Assembly: GCA_033763455.1 (NCBI GenBank)
Contig: JANRKO010000039.1
Coordinates: forward strand, 128,001-192,000
DNA from: Polyangiaceae bacterium
GTDB lineage: Bacteria > Myxococcota_A > Polyangia > Polyangiales > Polyangiaceae
DNA: 64,000 nucleotides
Reading direction: 5' to 3'
Shown here: positions 59,592-64,000 of the stretch, one piece after another
How the letters are laid out: every line of letters begins with the position of its first letter
Numbering within the stretch: position 1 is the first letter of the stretch
Program-made: the position numbers and the translations under genes
Notes under the pieces: generated by a model
Seen by the model: only the letters and a program-made list of their open reading frames with translations
The model's database searches: none
Told to the model about the DNA's origin: nothing

Positions 59592-60614
59592 CTATTTTGC
59601 GGGCTCAGAGGGCATTTCCATACCAGGCGGCAGCTTAACTCCGGGAGGCAGCTTGAATCCGGGCGGCAACTTAAGCGTGGTGGGCATTCCCGCGGGCATT
59701 CCGGGAGGCATCTTCATCCCCGGTGGGAGGCCGGCTCCTGCTGGCATTCCCATGGCGGCTCCTGCTGGCATTCCCGCGCGCCCCATGGCTCCTGCCATGA
59801 AACCCTGTATCGCTTCTTCGAGGCTCAACACCGCATAACCAGCTGGCGCCTCAAAGAGCGCCGCATCCATCTTCTTTTGCTCCAGCCGGGTGAGCTCCAT
59901 GCGGAGCTTTTCCTTGCCGTCTTTAAACACCACTGCGCGCAGAGGCAAGCTCTTGCCGTCGGCAAGCTGAGCCATCCAAGCATATTCGGCAGGCAAAGTT
60001 GCTGTAAATGGCAACCTCAACCAGGAGGTGCCTTCATCTGACACACACACTACCAGCTTATCCGCGTTTTTAGAACTCGTGATTTCCCACTCTTCGCACT
60101 CACGACCAATCACGCGATCTTTTCGGCCTGTCTTCACGATCTTTGGCAGCTCTGGCTTCTCTTCGGCAGCTTCCTTGCCCCGCGAAAATCGGGATTTGAG
60201 CGCCTTGGCTTGCTCGCCGAGAGTATTGATATCCAGCTGCACCACTTGCTTTTTGCCGTCTAATACCGCCAGCAGCTTCTTGTCGGGAACGTTCGCAATC
60301 ACGTAAGCTTTTCCGCCCAGCTGAGCCGTCTGCTCGGCATCCAGCGGCAAATCAACCCGCAGCTTCCCAGCTTTAACCTGCAGCGTGAACGGCGGAATCG
60401 GCTTCTCTTTAGGATCCGCGGACTTTACGGCTATCCCGAGCTCGCCTTCGAACTCGGACAATGCTCCTACCTTTTCAGGCGTTGCGGCGAGCGCCGCGGA
60501 GGAGCCAGATGCCGCAGGACTCGCATCTTTTTTAGATGAGAACCTATCGCAACCAAAAGCGCCCAGAGCACCCAGAACAACCCACAGACCAACAGTGGCA
60601 GATCCAATCTTCAT
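59592..60614 (-). CDS. DUF4412-like lipoprotein with PPGM/LPPG low-complexity tail
   Basis: Lipobox AFGC; KTG.K..VIG..CEEW, LPLR, LFEAPAGY. Confidence 0.7.
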   Translation of the reverse strand: MKIGSATVGLWVVLGALGAFGCDRFSSKKDASPAASGSSAALAATPEKVGALSEFEGELGIAVKSADPKEKPIPPFTLQVKAGKLRVDLPLDAEQTAQLGGKAYVIANVPDKKLLAVLDGKKQVVQLDINTLGEQAKALKSRFSRGKEAAEEKPELPKIVKTGRKDRVIGRECEEWEITSSKNADKLVVCVSDEGTSWLRLPFTATLPAEYAWMAQLADGKSLPLRAVVFKDGKEKLRMELTRLEQKKMDAALFEAPAGYAVLSLEEAIQGFMAGAMGRAGMPAGAAMGMPAGAGLPPGMKMPPGMPAGMPTTLKLPPGFKLPPGVKLPPGMEMPSEPAK

Positions 60615-60806
60615 GGGCGCGGAGTCTACAGGAAGAGAGATAGCTGCCGAAAGTGAGGCCTGGCGCCCACGTAGAGGCTCGGATGCTCAAAACAATACTC
60701 GATAGCGAAAAACCTCCGTTTGGGAGGCAAGAATTCGGCAACGGCCGCCGGACCGCATGCTGCTCGGGATTCATGTGTAGTCGCGTGACGTCAGGTGGAC
60801 ATTCTC

Positions 60807-60854
60807 GTTGTGGCCGCGCCTAATAACGAAGACCAGTTGGTTGTGGCCGCGCCT
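60807..60854. repeat. 15-bp direct repeat GTTGTGGCCGCGCCT (60807 and 60840)
   Basis: Exact copies, 33-bp period, intergenic. Confidence 0.75.
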
Positions 60855-61026
60855 CACCGCGACTTCCAGAGGAGGCACGGTGTGAATTCTTGCGCTCAGG
60901 AATTTCCGAAAGGATCCATGAGGGGAGTGCTCGTGGCGACGGATGGATATTCTTCGCGCTGCTACTTGTTCTGGCTCTGCCGGATTCGGCTCGACCGGCC
61001 GCTAGCCGGGCCGTACACTCGTGCTT

Positions 61027-61371
61027 ATGGCTGAGGATCCCCCGCTTCATAGCCTGGCAGAAGAACGCAGCCTCGCACTTCATAGAGCTGTAGCTCAGTG
61101 CCTACTCGTCGAACCAAGTGTGCTCGAAAAGGCCCGAGCACGTTTGCAAGATTGGCGACAGGAAGCGAACCGGCATCCATATCTAGAGGCTTGGGAGCGT
61201 ATACTCTCGGGCACACCCGAAGACGTCGCGCGCGCGCTCGTAGAGAGAACGCCCGAAGCCTGTACGCTAAGGCAAGCGTCACCCTTCGCCGGAGCCCTCG
61301 ACCCAAAAACACGCTGGTCCATCCTGCGCCGCCCCGAGCTGAGAGACCGTCATGCGGCGTCGCGACCTTGA
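61027..61371 (+). CDS. Small helical protein, putative antitoxin partner of the DUF6036 gene
   Basis: RSLALHRAVA...AR.RL..W...W..IL...LRQASPFAG; overlaps the next gene. Confidence 0.7.
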   Translation: MAEDPPLHSLAEERSLALHRAVAQCLLVEPSVLEKARARLQDWRQEANRHPYLEAWERILSGTPEDVARALVERTPEACTLRQASPFAGALDPKTRWSILRRPELRDRHAASRP

Positions 61372-61882
61372 ACACATCATCCGAGCGGCTTCGACAATCT
61401 CCGATGACGAGGAAATAGTAGTACTTGGCAGCCAGGCGGTTCTTGCGCAGTACCCCGAGGCGCCTGAAGAGATGCGGGTGTCAGACGAGGCCGATGTTTA
61501 CCCCCGAAACAAGCCCGAACGCTGGGAACTCATCGATGGTGCCATCGGCGAGTTATCACCCTTTCATGAAACTTTCGGCTATTACGCGCAGGGAGTGCAG
61601 GAAGGAGTCGCAACCCTGCCCATGGGCTGGCAAGAACGACTGGTAAAGCTACAAACACCAGGAACAATGGGAGCGATCGGATGGTGTCTGGAGCTGCATG
61701 ATTTGGTGCTCTCGAAATACGTCGCTAATCGAGGAACGGACAAACGTTACAATGAAGCGGCCGCCAGGGCGGGCCTAGTGAATCGTGAAGAACTCATCTC
61801 CCGGCTAGGGGCCATGGATCTAGACGAATCAGTGCGACGGAACGTACTCCTCCTCATCGAGAAGGATTTTTCGACCGCCTGA
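61352..61882 (+). CDS. DUF6036-like nucleotidyltransferase
   Basis: LEHIIRA, VLGSQAVL, S.EAD, IGELSPFH.TFGYYA.GV, LP.GW..RL, DL..SK. Confidence 0.75.
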   Translation: MRRRDLEHIIRAASTISDDEEIVVLGSQAVLAQYPEAPEEMRVSDEADVYPRNKPERWELIDGAIGELSPFHETFGYYAQGVQEGVATLPMGWQERLVKLQTPGTMGAIGWCLELHDLVLSKYVANRGTDKRYNEAAARAGLVNREELISRLGAMDLDESVRRNVLLLIEKDFSTA

Positions 61883-61936
61883 ACCTACGGATCCACTACG
61901 GCGCCAACCCCCGCTCCAAGAATCCGGCAAGTGCGT

Positions 61937-64000
61937 TCAGCGCAAACGCGCTACTGGCCGCACCAGCAGCGACTTCCCGCACGAAACAGGAACCTTCAGT
62001 ACCTCCCCGCCAACCACACGCGACGTTTCCGCCCCGCAGATCAGCAGCCACTCCCCCGCGGGAAGCTTCAGGCTGAGATCCTCACGCACGTGCGCGACAA
62101 TTAAAGCTTCGCTGAGGCTCCCAGATCGCCACTCCATATTCACTTCAAACCCGCCCCACGTCCTTAATCCGCGAATGTTGCCCGTTGACCAGGCGCTCGG
62201 TAAGCATGGCAAGAGCTCAATGTACCCGTCGTGAAACTGGACCAAGAGCTCAGCGATGGCCGCCACTGCGCCAAAATTTCCATCAATTTGAAATACATCG
62301 CCCTGAGGCATCGGGTGCGTATCGAGCAAGCTCTTGGTGTTGTAATCCGTGAGCAGGTGCGAAAGGTGCACGTACGCTTGCTCGGCTTCGCCAAAGCGTG
62401 CCCACAAGCAGCAGATGGCCGCTCGACTCCAACCCGTGTGGCCACCGCCTGCTTCCATGCGTCGCTTCAAAGACACGCGCGCAGCTTCAAAGAATTCCGG
62501 CAACCGATTGGGAGTCATCAGGTTGGCGGGATGCACGCCATAGAGATGGGAAACGTGGCGATGCCCGGGCTCTTGTTCTTCATAGTCCTCTTGCCACTCT
62601 TGAAGCTGGCCGTGCTTACCGATCTGAAACGGCGGAATTCGCTCTAAGATCGACGCCCACCGTACGCGCGCCTCCGAGTCCACATCCAAGATCTGGCTGG
62701 CTTCGATCGCGTTGCCCAGAACTTCGCGAATCAACAAGTAGTCCATCGTAGCCCCGATGCAGAGGCTCACCGGCTTGGCGCCACCTATGAACTTATTCTC
62801 GGGTGATTGTGAAGGGATAGTGACCAAGTGGCCCTGGCCATCTTCCACCAGAAAATCTTCGTAAAATTCAGCCACTTCACGCACAAACGGGTAAGCGTGC
62901 TCCCGCAGAAATTCAATATCTTGGCTGTATTGCCAACGCCAGAAAAAGTGTTGCGCGAACCAAGCCGCCCCACCTGTCCATACGTCCCAACCTTGAGCGG
63001 ACATCCAATTCATCTTCCAGATATCGCCACTCTGATAGAAGAGGCCTCGGCAATTGAAGTAGCGCCTTGCCGCTAAACGCGACGTTTCCTTGTGGCGCTC
63101 CAGAAAAGCCAACAACACATCGCTGCATTCTGGCAATCCACAGATCTCGGCGGGCCAGTAGTTCATCTGGAGGTTGATATCGGCGTGGTAATCTGAGTCC
63201 CAGCAGGGCCGCAGGTGCTCATTCCAGAGGCCTTGGAGGTTGGCTGGCTGTTCACATTTCCTGGAAGAGGCAAGCAGGAGATAGCGCCCGTAATTGAAGT
63301 AGAGAGCAAAGAGCGCTGGATCCTGAGCGCCAGATTGCAAGTGCTGCACGCGTTGATCGGTCGCCAGCTCACCCGAGGTCCCCTCCAACTCAAATGCCAC
63401 ACGCCCGTACAGGGTTTGGTACTCAGCGAGATGGGCTCGGAGCAGAGCATTCACCTCACGCGGCGCCTGCTCCAACACCTGCCGACACGAAGCCGAAGGC
63501 GATTCCCCTCGGTAGTCAGTTGCTAACGCCAGCCGCACTACCACTCGCCGGACCCCATCAAAAGCCAAGGACCCAGCTCGAACAGAGTGCAGCTCTCCCT
63601 CATCAACCTGCACATGAGCACGCGCGCCAAATCGAATGCCCTCGGCAAATTCCGCATCAAACCCAAAAGAATCTCGCTCACGCCAAGGGCTTACGACGGC
63701 ATCTGGATCGGGAATGCGAGAGAGCGCCAGTGTTCCGGACATAACCTCCGAGCTTACAACCTCCAACACCAGCACTTGATCCACGGCGCTGACAAATACA
63801 CGGCGCACGATACGGCAGGTGCCGCTCGCAAACGAAGTAGTCACAACAGCCGTTTCTAGATCGAGCTCATGTTGATAATCGGAAATGGCACCGTCGAGCT
63901 CAAGCGTGAGCTCCAAATCACCCAATGGCTGAAATGGCTGGATGTGCGTGAGCCCAGCTTCTTCATATTTTGGCCCACCGAGCGCTGCGTTCGCCTGTGC
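61937..64000 (-). CDS. Glycoside hydrolase family 95 (alpha-L-fucosidase-like), 5' end outside the window
   Basis: FQPLGDL, YGRYLL.ASSR, ANLQGLWN, INLQMNYW, SPEN, HRHVSHL, FQIDGNFG. Confidence 0.93.
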   Translation of the reverse strand, partial: AQANAALGGPKYEEAGLTHIQPFQPLGDLELTLELDGAISDYQHELDLETAVVTTSFASGTCRIVRRVFVSAVDQVLVLEVVSSEVMSGTLALSRIPDPDAVVSPWRERDSFGFDAEFAEGIRFGARAHVQVDEGELHSVRAGSLAFDGVRRVVVRLALATDYRGESPSASCRQVLEQAPREVNALLRAHLAEYQTLYGRVAFELEGTSGELATDQRVQHLQSGAQDPALFALYFNYGRYLLLASSRKCEQPANLQGLWNEHLRPCWDSDYHADINLQMNYWPAEICGLPECSDVLLAFLERHKETSRLAARRYFNCRGLFYQSGDIWKMNWMSAQGWDVWTGGAAWFAQHFFWRWQYSQDIEFLREHAYPFVREVAEFYEDFLVEDGQGHLVTIPSQSPENKFIGGAKPVSLCIGATMDYLLIREVLGNAIEASQILDVDSEARVRWASILERIPPFQIGKHGQLQEWQEDYEEQEPGHRHVSHLYGVHPANLMTPNRLPEFFEAARVSLKRRMEAGGGHTGWSRAAICCLWARFGEAEQAYVHLSHLLTDYNTKSLLDTHPMPQGDVFQIDGNFGAVAAIAELLVQFHDGYIELLPCLPSAWSTGNIRGLRTWGGFEVNMEWRSGSLSEALIVAHVREDLSLKLPAGEWLLICGAETSRVVGGEVLKVPVSCGKSLLVRPVARLR

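Overview
A GC-rich (about 60% by eye) bacterial chromosome segment. Cys-rich and Gly/Pro-linker lipoproteins, a DUF1592/DUF1552 pair and an ECF/FecR module suggest Myxococcota (inference). The dominant theme is scavenging of reduced one-carbon nitrogen compounds. The window holds a NitT/TauT-type ABC transporter with a GdmH-like guanidine hydrolase (4.1-8.4 kb), complete urease ureDABCEFG, urtABCDE, allophanate hydrolase, separate TrtA-like and BiuH-like hydrolases with a coupled cupin, and an FmdC-like porin (36-53 kb). Two unannotated DNA signals stand out. The first is a GA(A/C)AC-N6-GAAAC direct-repeat box in the upstream region of every nitrogen locus, resembling the actinobacterial GlnR box. 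The second is three copies of CGTAGCCGAT-N11-GGCGACTAACCA upstream of genes in an ECF sigma/FecR/DUF1592-DUF1552 cluster, likely the sigma factor's own promoter. Other unusual items are a CbiX-DUF362 fusion coupled to the guanidine hydrolase, an orphan Hcp with a signal peptide, a His-less histidine kinase, a cytochrome P460-like lipoprotein, an HTTM/CPBP operon and a duplicated 78-bp palindromic element. The rest includes several toxin-antitoxin modules, an IS21 relic, a stand-alone EF-G and a partial GH95. No rRNA, tRNA or CRISPR array was recognised. All family assignments come from motif recognition by eye, not database searches.
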